Shown piece by piece: positions 26,571-35,366 of a stretch of DNA of 64,000 bases (its first letter is position 1; each line of letters begins with the position of its first letter). The notes below the pieces were generated by a model, which was not told the DNA's origin, ran no database searches, and saw only the letters and a program-made list of their open reading frames with translations. This DNA is from a bacterium. GTDB taxonomy: Bacteria; Chloroflexota; Dormibacteria; Aeolococcales; Bog-877. The stretch is from assembly GCA_021795235.1 (NCBI GenBank), contig JAJYPP010000001.1, positions 131,384-195,383 on the forward strand, read 5' to 3'. Made by a program: the position numbers and the translations under genes.

Positions 26571-27542
26571 GTGAAAGCCGTCCACGAGACAGTCGGGGCG
26601 AGACTGGAATCCCCCGGATTTATCCGTGGGGAGGAAGTCAAAGACGACGCTCCCAGCGTCCACGATGAGCCCAAGAGGATCCGGTGGCCCAGCGAGCGTC
26701 ACCCCTACGCCGGCCAGAGTGCCGTGCTCGCGACCAAACACGCCAAGCTGCCGCTCATAGCCCCCCCGCTGGCTCGCGCCGTGGGGCTCAGCATCGATGC
26801 CGTCGCCGTCGACACCGACACCCTGGGGACCTTCAGCGGCGAGATACCCAGGACCGGCCCGCCGCTCGAGACCGCGATCCGCAAGGCTCGCCTGGGGATG
26901 CAGGCTGCCGGACTAGGACTCGGTCTCGCCTCCGAAGGCAGCATCGGTCCCGACCCGGCGATGCCCTTTCTGACCTCCGACCGCGAACTGGTGGTGCTCG
27001 TGGACGATAACGCCGGCATCGTGATTTGGGACGCCTACACCAGCTACGACATAGTGGCGGCCACGACGACCGCCCGTCCCGGTGACGACCTCGGCCAGTT
27101 CATCGCTGAGGCCGACTTCCCTGTCCACCGTCTCGTGGTGCGACCGAACCAGGGGCCCGTGCAGCCCCTCCACAAGGGCGTCGACAGCCGCGCGGCGCTG
27201 GATACCGCCATCGCCCAGGCGGCGGCCGCCGCGACCGACGGCTGCGCCCGCATCGAGACCGACCTTCGAGCGCACGCCTGCCCCTCCCGCCAACCGGTCA
27301 TCGCCGGGGCCGCCGAACGGCTTGCGCAGCGCGTCGCGGTGCGCTGCCCATCCTGCTCCGCGCCCGGGTGGGGATGCGTCGACATCCTCATGGGAGTCCC
27401 TTGCGACTGGTGCGGCACCGAGGTCGACCAGCCTCGAGCAGAGATCGACGGCTGCCCTGCCTGCGATCACCAGGAGGTCCGGGCGCTAGTGGGTACCGAC
27501 GCAACCGGCGACCCCGGCACCTGCCCCGTGTGCAACCCTTGA
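26571..27542 (+). CDS. Uncharacterised protein (DUF-type) with a C-terminal double zinc ribbon
   Basis: High-GC3 coding signal begins around 26650. In-frame starts are GTG 26571 or GTG 26724, so the start is uncertain. The C-terminus has four CxxC pairs (CPSC, CDWC, CPAC, CPVC). Confidence 0.55.
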   Translation: MKAVHETVGARLESPGFIRGEEVKDDAPSVHDEPKRIRWPSERHPYAGQSAVLATKHAKLPLIAPPLARAVGLSIDAVAVDTDTLGTFSGEIPRTGPPLETAIRKARLGMQAAGLGLGLASEGSIGPDPAMPFLTSDRELVVLVDDNAGIVIWDAYTSYDIVAATTTARPGDDLGQFIAEADFPVHRLVVRPNQGPVQPLHKGVDSRAALDTAIAQAAAAATDGCARIETDLRAHACPSRQPVIAGAAERLAQRVAVRCPSCSAPGWGCVDILMGVPCDWCGTEVDQPRAEIDGCPACDHQEVRALVGTDATGDPGTCPVCNP

Positions 27543-27558
27543 TGCCGGGACTCGGGGG

Positions 27559-27576
27559 CCGGGCCGAAAGGCCCGG
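27559..27576 (+). terminator. Possible terminator hairpin CCGGGCC-GAAA-GGCCCGG
   Basis: 7-bp GC stem with a GAAA tetraloop 17 nt after the stop at 27542. There is no U-tract. Confidence 0.25.
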
Positions 27577-27768
27577 ATGGATGGTTGCGCCCGCAACACG
27601 GATCTTCCCATCGGGCGCCATCCGCTTCGTGTGGGGGGATCGCCACCGTGCCGCAGCCCGTGGCTTGGGATTTCGACCACTCACGCGAGCTGCGCCCGGC
27701 TCTGCCCGGCGCAGGCCGGCGGCTCACGCTGGGGTTGGGCGCTCTCGTGAACGTGGAGCGGTGAAAGG

Positions 27769-29397
27769 ATGAGCCCGCCCCTCTGGCAGGCGGTGGCCTG
27801 CGCCCTGTTGGCGGCGGTTGCCGCCAGCCGCCAGTTTCAGGGTTGGATGTACTTTTTTCAGTTCGACGAGTACCTCCCCTCTCGGCTCTGGCCGACTGCC
27901 CGCCGCCGTCTCGCGGCCCACTGGCCCTGGCAGCTGGGGCTGCTGCTGGCCGGCCTGGTCCTGGCGGCAACAACCGTAGCCGTCGGGGAGCGCTGGCAAA
28001 CGCTCCCCCTGCTGGCGTCCGGTCTCCTGCCGCTGGCGTTCTTCCGTCCCTTTGCGACTCGTTCCCACCTGAAGTGGACCGGTCGAGTGCGCCGGCTGGT
28101 GTCGATTTCGGGCCTGCTCTGCTTCACCGCCCTGGTGGTGGCGTTCTGGAGCGGGCCGGCCGGGGCTGTGCTGATGGGCCTGATCGACATTCTGGTGGTG
28201 GCGGCGCTGAGTTTGGCCGCCCTGATCGCCAGGCCGTACGAGAGCCGGCGGCGGCGGCACTTCATGAGTCGGGCGGAGGCACGGCTCACGGCTGCGGGGC
28301 CGCTGGTGGTGGGGATCACCGGGAGCTACGGAAAGACCACTACCAAGGTGCTGCTGGCGCAGCTGCTTAATGAGCCGGACAAGCCCAGCTTCGCCACCCC
28401 TGAGAGCTACAACACCACCTTGGGGGTCTGCCGCGCGATCAACGAGGGATCGCTGCCCGAGCGCGGTGTGGCGATCGTGGAGATGGGCGCCTACCGTCCG
28501 GGTGAGATAGCCGAGATCTGCTCCTTCTCCCGTCCCCGAGTCGGGATCGTGACCGCGGTCGGGTTGATGCATCTGGAGCGCTTCGGCAGCCGCCAAAGGA
28601 TCGCCCAGGCCAAGTCGGAGCTGCTGGCGGCCCTGCCGCGCGACGGATTCGCGGTGGTCCCGTCCAACATCGCTGAGCGGGACACCCTGCTCCGCAACCT
28701 GCGGGCGAGGTTGGTCTCGGTGGGCGCCCCCGGTGACCGCTGGTGGGTGGATCGGGAGGAGCTCACCGCCGCCGGCACCGCGTTCCATCTGCGCGGGAGT
28801 TCCGGCGAGGATGTGAGGTTCCAGGTCGCTCTCTACGGCCCTCACCTGGTGGCCGACCTGCTCTACGCGTTGGCGGCGGCGGCAGAGCTGGGGCGTCCCC
28901 TGGAGGTGCTCGCAGAGCGGGCGGCTCAGCTGCACGGAGCGCCGCACCGGCTTGAGGTGTCCCAGCACGGTGGGATCACGATTATTGACGACGCCTACAA
29001 TTCGAATCCGGCCGGGGCCGCCGCGGCCCTGCGGCTGCTGGCCGCTCTGCCTGGGGGGCGGCGGGTGCTGGTCACTCCCGGATTCATTGAGCTGGGCCCG
29101 GAGCAGGAGCAGCGTATGCGTGAGCTGGGGCGGCGGGCGGCCGCCGTCTGCACCCACGTGATCTTGGTGGGACCCAGGCACTCGGCGGCTGTCGCCCAGG
29201 GGCTGGCGGGGGCCGGATATCCATCTGACCAGGTGAGCGTGGTGGTCGATCTCGCCGAGGCGCAGCTACGGCTGCCCGAGGTCGCGGGGGCCGGCAGTGT
29301 GGTCCTCTTCGAGAACGACCTGCCAGACTCGTACCTGGAGCCGAGGGGAGTGCCGCGGCCCGGCGGAGGCGACCGCGACCACAGGCGGATTCAGTGA
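27769..29397 (+). CDS. Mur ligase family protein (MurF-like) with an N-terminal membrane domain
   Basis: ~170-aa N-terminal region with 4-5 hydrophobic helices, then the Mur ligase P-loop ITGSYGKTTTK, HRLE and DDAYNSNP motifs. Confidence 0.75.
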   Translation: MSPPLWQAVACALLAAVAASRQFQGWMYFFQFDEYLPSRLWPTARRRLAAHWPWQLGLLLAGLVLAATTVAVGERWQTLPLLASGLLPLAFFRPFATRSHLKWTGRVRRLVSISGLLCFTALVVAFWSGPAGAVLMGLIDILVVAALSLAALIARPYESRRRRHFMSRAEARLTAAGPLVVGITGSYGKTTTKVLLAQLLNEPDKPSFATPESYNTTLGVCRAINEGSLPERGVAIVEMGAYRPGEIAEICSFSRPRVGIVTAVGLMHLERFGSRQRIAQAKSELLAALPRDGFAVVPSNIAERDTLLRNLRARLVSVGAPGDRWWVDREELTAAGTAFHLRGSSGEDVRFQVALYGPHLVADLLYALAAAAELGRPLEVLAERAAQLHGAPHRLEVSQHGGITIIDDAYNSNPAGAAAALRLLAALPGGRRVLVTPGFIELGPEQEQRMRELGRRAAAVCTHVILVGPRHSAAVAQGLAGAGYPSDQVSVVVDLAEAQLRLPEVAGAGSVVLFENDLPDSYLEPRGVPRPGGGDRDHRRIQ

Positions 29398-29538
29398 TGG
29401 GCTGGGTCTCCTGCACTCACCTGGAGACCTGGAAGCGGCGATCGGCGTCAGCGCGGGTATCCCCATCGGCTCTCGGACCCCGATTGGTCTTGCGGTGCTG
29501 CCGCGGGCTCCAAGCCAGCTGCGATGGGCTGGCCGCCG

Positions 29539-30951
29539 TCAGCCAGCCCCCAATTCGAAGGCGTCATGGATGGCGTTGACCGCAGCGGCCACGTCCTCGG
29601 CCCGGACCGCAGCGGAGACGCTGAGCTCCGAGGACCCCTGCGAGATCGCCACCACATTGATGTTCCGCTCCGCCAGCGCTCCGAACAACTTGGCCGCGAT
29701 TCCGGGTGTTCCGCGCATGGAATCGCCGACCGCGACCACGATCCCGGCCTTGGACGTCACCTCGATCTCCCCTAGCACCCCGGTATCGTCGCGAAGTTTG
29801 CGCAAGATCTCGCGCACCCGCTTCCCGTGCTCGCCGCTGACGGCGAAACAGATCACGTTGTCAGCTGACGACTGGGTGACGATGAGGGTCGGTATCCCCT
29901 CCGCCTCGAGCCCGCCCAGGACCGCGGTCCCGACCCTGGTGAAGGCCACGCCATCCACCCCTCCGACGGTGAAGAGACGGGCGTCCCGGGTGTCGACGAC
30001 CGCTCTCACCCCGGGCCGGGACTTGACCTTGGGCCCGATCACAGTACCCTGGCTGACGGGTTCGAAGCTGCTCAGTATCCGAACTCTGACGTCGTGGTGC
30101 CGGGGCAGGTCCATGGAGTTCGGGTGCAGGACCCGGGCGCCGAAGAAGGCGAGCTCAAGGGCCTCGCGGTACGAGAGGAAGGGGATGACCTTGGCGCTGG
30201 GCACCAGTCGCGGGTCGGCAGTCATCACCCCGGCGACGTCGGTGTAGATCCACACCTCGTCCGCCGGCAGCAGGGCTCCGATGATCGTCGCGGTGGAGTC
30301 GGATCCACCCCGGCCCAGAGTCGTGCAGCTGCCTTCGGCGGTCGCCCCGCGGAAGCCGGTCACAACCGGTATGACCCTATCCGCGAGCAGCGGCGAGAGC
30401 CTGCCCCTGATCAGGTGCTCGCTGGCTTGGGCAGCCACCATCGCTCTGCCAAAGCGCCCGTCGGTCTGGATGATCTGTTTGGCATCGACGGCACAGGCGG
30501 CCAGGCCAAGCTTGTTCAGTGTGTCCGCCGTGATGGCCGCGGAGAGCAGCTCGCCGGTGCTGGAGATCTCATCGAGCTGGGTGCCGGAGAGCCCCCGCTC
30601 GGCTCCCGCCACCTGGCACAGCTCGCGGACAGCTCGCAGATGGGATAGAATCGCGGCCGCGGGCTCCTCGGCGCCCGGGCTGAAGTCAGCCAGGTCAGAG
30701 CAGACTTCCAGGTGCTCGCGCTCCAGTGAGTCGATCAGCTCCCGCCAGGTCTCCTGCTCTCCCAGTTGGGCAGCGTTGGCGGCTCTGACCAGGGAGTCGG
30801 TGGTGGAACCCATCGCGGAGACCACGACCACCGGGACCGTCTCTGCGACCTGGCCCGCGATCAGCTGGGCCGCGGATCTGATCCGATCGGCGGACCCCAA
30901 GGAGGTGCCGCCGAACTTGAGGACGCGCTTGGTCGCGGAAGGGGGTCTCAA
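29539..30951 (-). CDS. lysC: Aspartate kinase
   Basis: KFGGTSLG, VVVVSAMG.TTD, and C-terminal tandem ACT domains. TTG start. Confidence 0.9.
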   Translation of the reverse strand: MRPPSATKRVLKFGGTSLGSADRIRSAAQLIAGQVAETVPVVVVSAMGSTTDSLVRAANAAQLGEQETWRELIDSLEREHLEVCSDLADFSPGAEEPAAAILSHLRAVRELCQVAGAERGLSGTQLDEISSTGELLSAAITADTLNKLGLAACAVDAKQIIQTDGRFGRAMVAAQASEHLIRGRLSPLLADRVIPVVTGFRGATAEGSCTTLGRGGSDSTATIIGALLPADEVWIYTDVAGVMTADPRLVPSAKVIPFLSYREALELAFFGARVLHPNSMDLPRHHDVRVRILSSFEPVSQGTVIGPKVKSRPGVRAVVDTRDARLFTVGGVDGVAFTRVGTAVLGGLEAEGIPTLIVTQSSADNVICFAVSGEHGKRVREILRKLRDDTGVLGEIEVTSKAGIVVAVGDSMRGTPGIAAKLFGALAERNINVVAISQGSSELSVSAAVRAEDVAAAVNAIHDAFELGAG

Positions 30952-30957
30952 CTCATC

Positions 30958-31917
30958 TCACCTATCAAGGAACCCGCGGAACACTCCGTCATTGTCGGCG
31001 GGCAGCGAGAGGGTCCGGGTATCGACCCCAGCGCTCGCGAAGGCTCCCCGCAGCAGCTCCTCAGCCAGCTCGGTGTGGCCGCGGGAGATCGCCAGGACCG
31101 CTGACCCGCTGCCGCTCAGGCACACCCCCAGCAGCCTGGGATCGCGCAGGGCCAGGCATTCCGCGGCGCCCGGTATCAGCTGGGCGCGCTGGCGCTGGTG
31201 CCAGCGGTCGTCGAAGAGGTCGGGCTGGAAATCGAACCTGCCCGAGAAGGCGGCCGCCACCAGCAGGGCGGTCCGCTGCAGGTTGTGCACCGCATCCTCC
31301 CGGCTGTAACTGGTGGGCAGGGTCGCTCGAGCGGCGTGGGTGGCAACCGTCTGGTCAGGTATCGCCAGGGTGAAGTCGATGTCCGCGGGGACATCGGTGC
31401 GAGCTGTGAGCAGCCGATCGTCCGGCCCGGTGCGGGCCGCCACCACGAATCCTCCTAGGTAGGCGGCGGCGACGTTGTCAGGGTGACCGTCCAGCTCGGC
31501 CGCCGATGCCAGCAGCACCTCATCCGAGGGCCGCGCCGGCGCCAGGGCGGCGGCGACGCCGAGCCCGGCCACGATGGCGGCGGCACTCGAGCCCAGGCCG
31601 ACGCCGATGGGAATGTCGCTGCGCACATGAATCCCGAGGTGAGGCTCGGATCCTCCGAACCGCCTGACGCCCTCCTCCAGCGCCTGGACCAGCAGGTTGT
31701 CAGACCCGGTCCCCACCAGTTCCGGTCGAGAACCTCGGTAGGTCAGCTCGACACCCGGTTCATGGCGGGGACTGGCTATGACCTCCAGATGGAGGCGCAG
31801 GGCGACGGCGGCGCAATCAAACGCCGTGCCCAGATTGGCCGAGGTGGCCGGCACGGTGAAGCGGATAGATGGGCCCTCGCCCCAGGCGTCGACCGCGGCC
31901 CCGGAAAGCTGGCTCAC
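30958..31917 (-). CDS. thrB: Homoserine kinase
   Basis: GHMP kinase motifs PATSANLG and PIGVGLGSSAA. GTG start overlaps the thrC stop (GTGA). Confidence 0.9.
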   Translation of the reverse strand: MSQLSGAAVDAWGEGPSIRFTVPATSANLGTAFDCAAVALRLHLEVIASPRHEPGVELTYRGSRPELVGTGSDNLLVQALEEGVRRFGGSEPHLGIHVRSDIPIGVGLGSSAAAIVAGLGVAAALAPARPSDEVLLASAAELDGHPDNVAAAYLGGFVVAARTGPDDRLLTARTDVPADIDFTLAIPDQTVATHAARATLPTSYSREDAVHNLQRTALLVAAAFSGRFDFQPDLFDDRWHQRQRAQLIPGAAECLALRDPRLLGVCLSGSGSAVLAISRGHTELAEELLRGAFASAGVDTRTLSLPADNDGVFRGFLDR

Positions 31918-33155
31918 ACGGCGACCGCCTGTTCTTCCAGAAGCGCCTCGAACTCGGCAATCCGGGGCCGCACGGTCGGCCCCAGGGAGAGTCTTCCCGC
32001 CAGCGCGTCAGTGGTCTTGAGGCCATTCCCGGTGACGCACAGCACGGTGGTCTGCTGGGGAGCGATCCGTCCCTGGGCGAGCAGCTTGGCCGCACCGGCG
32101 ACCGTGACCCCGGCCGCGGTCTCCCCGAATATGCCCTCCGTCTCTGCCAGCAGGCGCATCCCCTGGATGATCTCATCATCGGTAGCCGACTCGGCTGAGC
32201 CTCCGGAGTCCCGCATCACCCGCAGCGCCCGGTAGCCGTCGGCTGGGTCCCCGATGGCGAGGGAGTGGCACAGGGTGCGCGGCTGCTCGGGGACGATCTC
32301 GGATCGCCCCTGCTGGGCGGCCGCGGCGATGGGGGAGCACCCCGCTGCCTGAGCCCCGAAGAGGCGGACCGGGTGGTCTGCCACCAGGCCCAGGGCGACC
32401 AGCTCCCGGAAGCCCTTGGCGATCCGGCTTATCTGGGCGCCACCCGCCATCGGGACCACGACGTTGTCGGGCAGCCGCCACCCCAGTTGCTCGGCGATTT
32501 CAAAGGCGACCGTCTTGGAGCCTTCGGCGTAGTAGGCGCGCAGGTTGACGTTGACGAAGCCCCAGCGGTGCCGCTCGGCGATCTCGGCGCAAAGTCGGTT
32601 GACCTGATCGTAGTTGCCCTCGACTCTGACCAGCTTGGCTCCGTAGACCGCGGTCGCCAGGAGTTTGGCGGGCTCCAGGTCGCGCGGCACCAAGATCCAT
32701 GCCTCGAGGCCCAGCCGCGCCGCCTGAGCCGCCACGGCGTTGGCGAGGTTGCCGGTGGATGCGCACCCTACCACTGTGAAGCCGAATGAGCGGGCGGCGG
32801 CGAGCGCCACCGCCACCACCCGGTCCTTGAAGGACAGAGTGGGAAAGCAGGCGGAGTCATTCTTCAGGAGCAGGTGCTGAGATCCCAACTGGCGGCCGAG
32901 GGATGGGGCCGCCAATAGCGGGGTGAAGCCCACCGGCAACTCGGTTTGGGCATCCGCCGGCACCGGCAGCAGCTCGCGGTACCTCCAGATGTCGAGAGGA
33001 CGACTCTCGATGACCGAGCGGGTCATCTCCTCTCGCACCCTGGGCAGATCGTAGGCCACCTCCAGAGGGGTGAAGCAGTCGTCGCAGAAGATGGTCGTGC
33101 CGTCGCCGTGGGCATGACGGCAACTCGGACATTCGAGTTGAAACAGACTGGACAT
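31914..33155 (-). CDS. thrC: Threonine synthase
   Basis: N-terminal CxxC...CxxC ribbon and PLP-lysine motif PTLSFKDR. It is the first gene of thrC-thrB-lysC. Confidence 0.85.
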   Translation of the reverse strand: MSSLFQLECPSCRHAHGDGTTIFCDDCFTPLEVAYDLPRVREEMTRSVIESRPLDIWRYRELLPVPADAQTELPVGFTPLLAAPSLGRQLGSQHLLLKNDSACFPTLSFKDRVVAVALAAARSFGFTVVGCASTGNLANAVAAQAARLGLEAWILVPRDLEPAKLLATAVYGAKLVRVEGNYDQVNRLCAEIAERHRWGFVNVNLRAYYAEGSKTVAFEIAEQLGWRLPDNVVVPMAGGAQISRIAKGFRELVALGLVADHPVRLFGAQAAGCSPIAAAAQQGRSEIVPEQPRTLCHSLAIGDPADGYRALRVMRDSGGSAESATDDEIIQGMRLLAETEGIFGETAAGVTVAGAAKLLAQGRIAPQQTTVLCVTGNGLKTTDALAGRLSLGPTVRPRIAEFEALLEEQAVAV

Positions 33156-33481
33156 GACTTGGTGATGCTCCTGACAACAGGGAGTGCGGACAGCTGCGGC
33201 ACTGGGCTCGGGCTAGCCCGCGGGTTAGCCTGAGCTGGGTCGGGGGAGCATCAGCGCGTAGGCGCTAGAGCTTGGTTCGCGTGTCCCCCGCGCCACGCCG
33301 ACGCATTCGCGTGGCTGGGCGCAGATCCGCGTGGGGCATCAAGGGAACCGTGTGCGGGCGGGAGCTCACGTCGTCGCCGCGTTGGTTGATCCTGGCACCC
33401 CTGGTCAGCATGCCCATACTCTAGCGCTTTGGCGCCAACCTCGCCAGCCTCGCGGGGCAGCCGCCTGCGAAACTATCTCCC

Positions 33482-34534
33482 ATGGAGTCCGGACGATATC
33501 GGGTGGGAGTGCTGGGGGCGACTGGTGCCGTGGGGCAGCACCTGGTCTCGCGATTGGCAGACCACCCCTGGTTCACCCTCGCGGAGGTGGTGGCGTCGGA
33601 GCGGTCCGCGGGCAGGTCGTACGGCGAGGCGGTGCGCTGGCGACTGGACGTTCCCATGCCCGTTGGTGCCGGCAGCCTCATGGTCAAGGATCTGCAGTCG
33701 GATCTTGAGTGCGACCTTCTCCTGTCGGCTCTGGATGCCGGTGCAGCGGCGGCGGAGGAGGGGTTCGCCAGGGCGGGCTTCCCGGTTGTGAGCAACAGTA
33801 GCCGGCACCGCATGGACGTGGACGTGCCCCTGATCATCCCGGAGGTGAACCCGGGCCATCTGCGGGCCATCTCGTCGCAGCGGGCCCGGCGCGGCCTCAC
33901 CAGGGGGCTGATCGTGACCAATCCCAACTGCTCCACTGTGGGCTTGGCGATGGCGCTCAAGCCGCTCCACGACGCCTTCGGCATAGCGGCTGTCCAGGTG
34001 GTGACCATGCAGGCCATTTCCGGAGCCGGGCTGGACGGGGTGTCGGGATTCGCGATCCAGGACAACGTCATTCCCCACATCGGCGGCGAGGAGGAGAAGC
34101 TGGAGGCCGAGACCGTCAAGATCCTGGGCGGCTTTGGGGACGGCGGATTCTCGCCCGCGGACGTTGCGATCAGCGCCCAGTGCAACCGGGTCGCCGTGCT
34201 CGACGGTCACACCGAGTCGATCTCCGTGCGCCTCTCGACCCCGGCGACGGCGGAGGAGGTGCGAACTGCGCTCTCCGCATTCCCGGGGGAGGTGGCGGAC
34301 CTGGGCCTGCCGTCCTCACCTCACGGGCCCATCCTGGTGCGGGACGAGCCGGACCGGCCGCAGCCGCGGCTGGACCGCTACCAGGGTGGGGGAATGACGG
34401 TGGTGGTGGGGCGGCTCCGCCCCTGTCCGGTCATGGACTGGAAGTTCACCGCCCTGGTGCACAACATGATCAGGGGTGCCGCGGGAGCCGCACTTCTGAA
34501 CGCCGAGCTGCTGGTCGCGCAGGGCTTGCTCTAA
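33482..34534 (+). CDS. asd: Aspartate-semialdehyde dehydrogenase
   Basis: GATGAVG Rossmann motif, the active-site NPNCST, and 350 aa. It is divergent from thrC. Confidence 0.9.
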   Translation: MESGRYRVGVLGATGAVGQHLVSRLADHPWFTLAEVVASERSAGRSYGEAVRWRLDVPMPVGAGSLMVKDLQSDLECDLLLSALDAGAAAAEEGFARAGFPVVSNSSRHRMDVDVPLIIPEVNPGHLRAISSQRARRGLTRGLIVTNPNCSTVGLAMALKPLHDAFGIAAVQVVTMQAISGAGLDGVSGFAIQDNVIPHIGGEEEKLEAETVKILGGFGDGGFSPADVAISAQCNRVAVLDGHTESISVRLSTPATAEEVRTALSAFPGEVADLGLPSSPHGPILVRDEPDRPQPRLDRYQGGGMTVVVGRLRPCPVMDWKFTALVHNMIRGAAGAALLNAELLVAQGLL

Positions 34535-35331
34535 ACGGCTGGTGCGCCGCCCGCTGGGCTGGTCCAGGAAACCTCGGCCACCAGCGGCGCGTGGTCGCTG
34601 GGCCGCTGCCCAGAGCGCTCCTCCCGGTCCACGAAGACTCTGTCCAGGCACCCGGCCACCCCCGCACTGCCCAGGAGCAGGTCGATGCGCATTCCCAGGC
34701 CCCGGCGGAAGAATCCCTGGCGGTAGTCCCAGTAGGTGAAGCCGGCCGGTTCCCCGGTGGCCAGCGCCAGGTCCACCAGCCCCTGATTCAGCACCGCCTG
34801 CAGTGCTGATCTCTCCCGCTCGGTCACATGGGTCGCCCCCAGGAATGCCTGGGGATCGAAGACATCCTGATCCGTCGGGGCCACGTTGAAGTCGCCGCCC
34901 AGCACCAGCTCGCCTCGGCTGAGGTCCGCCTGGACGAACTGGCTGAGCTGCTGGAGCCAGGCCAGTTTGTAGTGGAAGAAAGGGTGGTCCACCTCGCGGC
35001 CGTTGGGCACATAGACGCTCGCCACTCGTAATCCGCCGCAGTTGGCGGCCAGGTAGCGGGGCTCGGCAGCGCCCGTGGGCGCTGCGGTGGCCAGGCCTCT
35101 GGTCACCCCGGAGAGTCCGACTCGGGAGAGGACCGCGACCCCATTCCAGCGTCCGTCCCCGTGGTGGGCGCTGTCGTAGCCGAGTTCCTCGAAGGCCGCT
35201 GACGGGAAGGCTGGGTCCGCCAACTTGGTCTCCTGGAGCAGCAGGACCTCGGGGCGGTTGCGTTCCAGCCAGGCCACAACCCGGGGGAGCCGGGCGGTCA
35301 GCGAGTTCACGTTCCAGGTTGCGATCAGCAT
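34531..35331 (-). CDS. xthA: Exodeoxyribonuclease III
   Basis: ATWNVNS, LQETK, and the C-terminal SDHAP motif. ATG 35331 is preceded by AGGAGA (the ORF is open to GTG 35364). Confidence 0.9.
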   Translation of the reverse strand: MLIATWNVNSLTARLPRVVAWLERNRPEVLLLQETKLADPAFPSAAFEELGYDSAHHGDGRWNGVAVLSRVGLSGVTRGLATAAPTGAAEPRYLAANCGGLRVASVYVPNGREVDHPFFHYKLAWLQQLSQFVQADLSRGELVLGGDFNVAPTDQDVFDPQAFLGATHVTERERSALQAVLNQGLVDLALATGEPAGFTYWDYRQGFFRRGLGMRIDLLLGSAGVAGCLDRVFVDREERSGQRPSDHAPLVAEVSWTSPAGGAPAV

Positions 35332-35366
35332 CGAGGGGATCTCCTGGCGGTTGGCATCGGCCACGG

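Noticed and set aside
26560-26650. GUCCACGAGACAG...GAAUCCCCCGGAUUUAUCC and GGGGAGGAAGUC, resembling the RNase P RNA P4 region (CCACGACAGAACCCGGCUUA, GAGGAAAGUCC). tmRNA and SRP RNA were also considered for 25808-26700.
   Set aside because: The order of the segments is wrong for RNase P. The universally conserved GGAAAGUCCGG and GUAAGAGC elements are absent, there is no tRNA-like acceptor/T-arm or ...UCCACCA end for tmRNA, and there is no GGAAGCAGC SRP domain IV motif.
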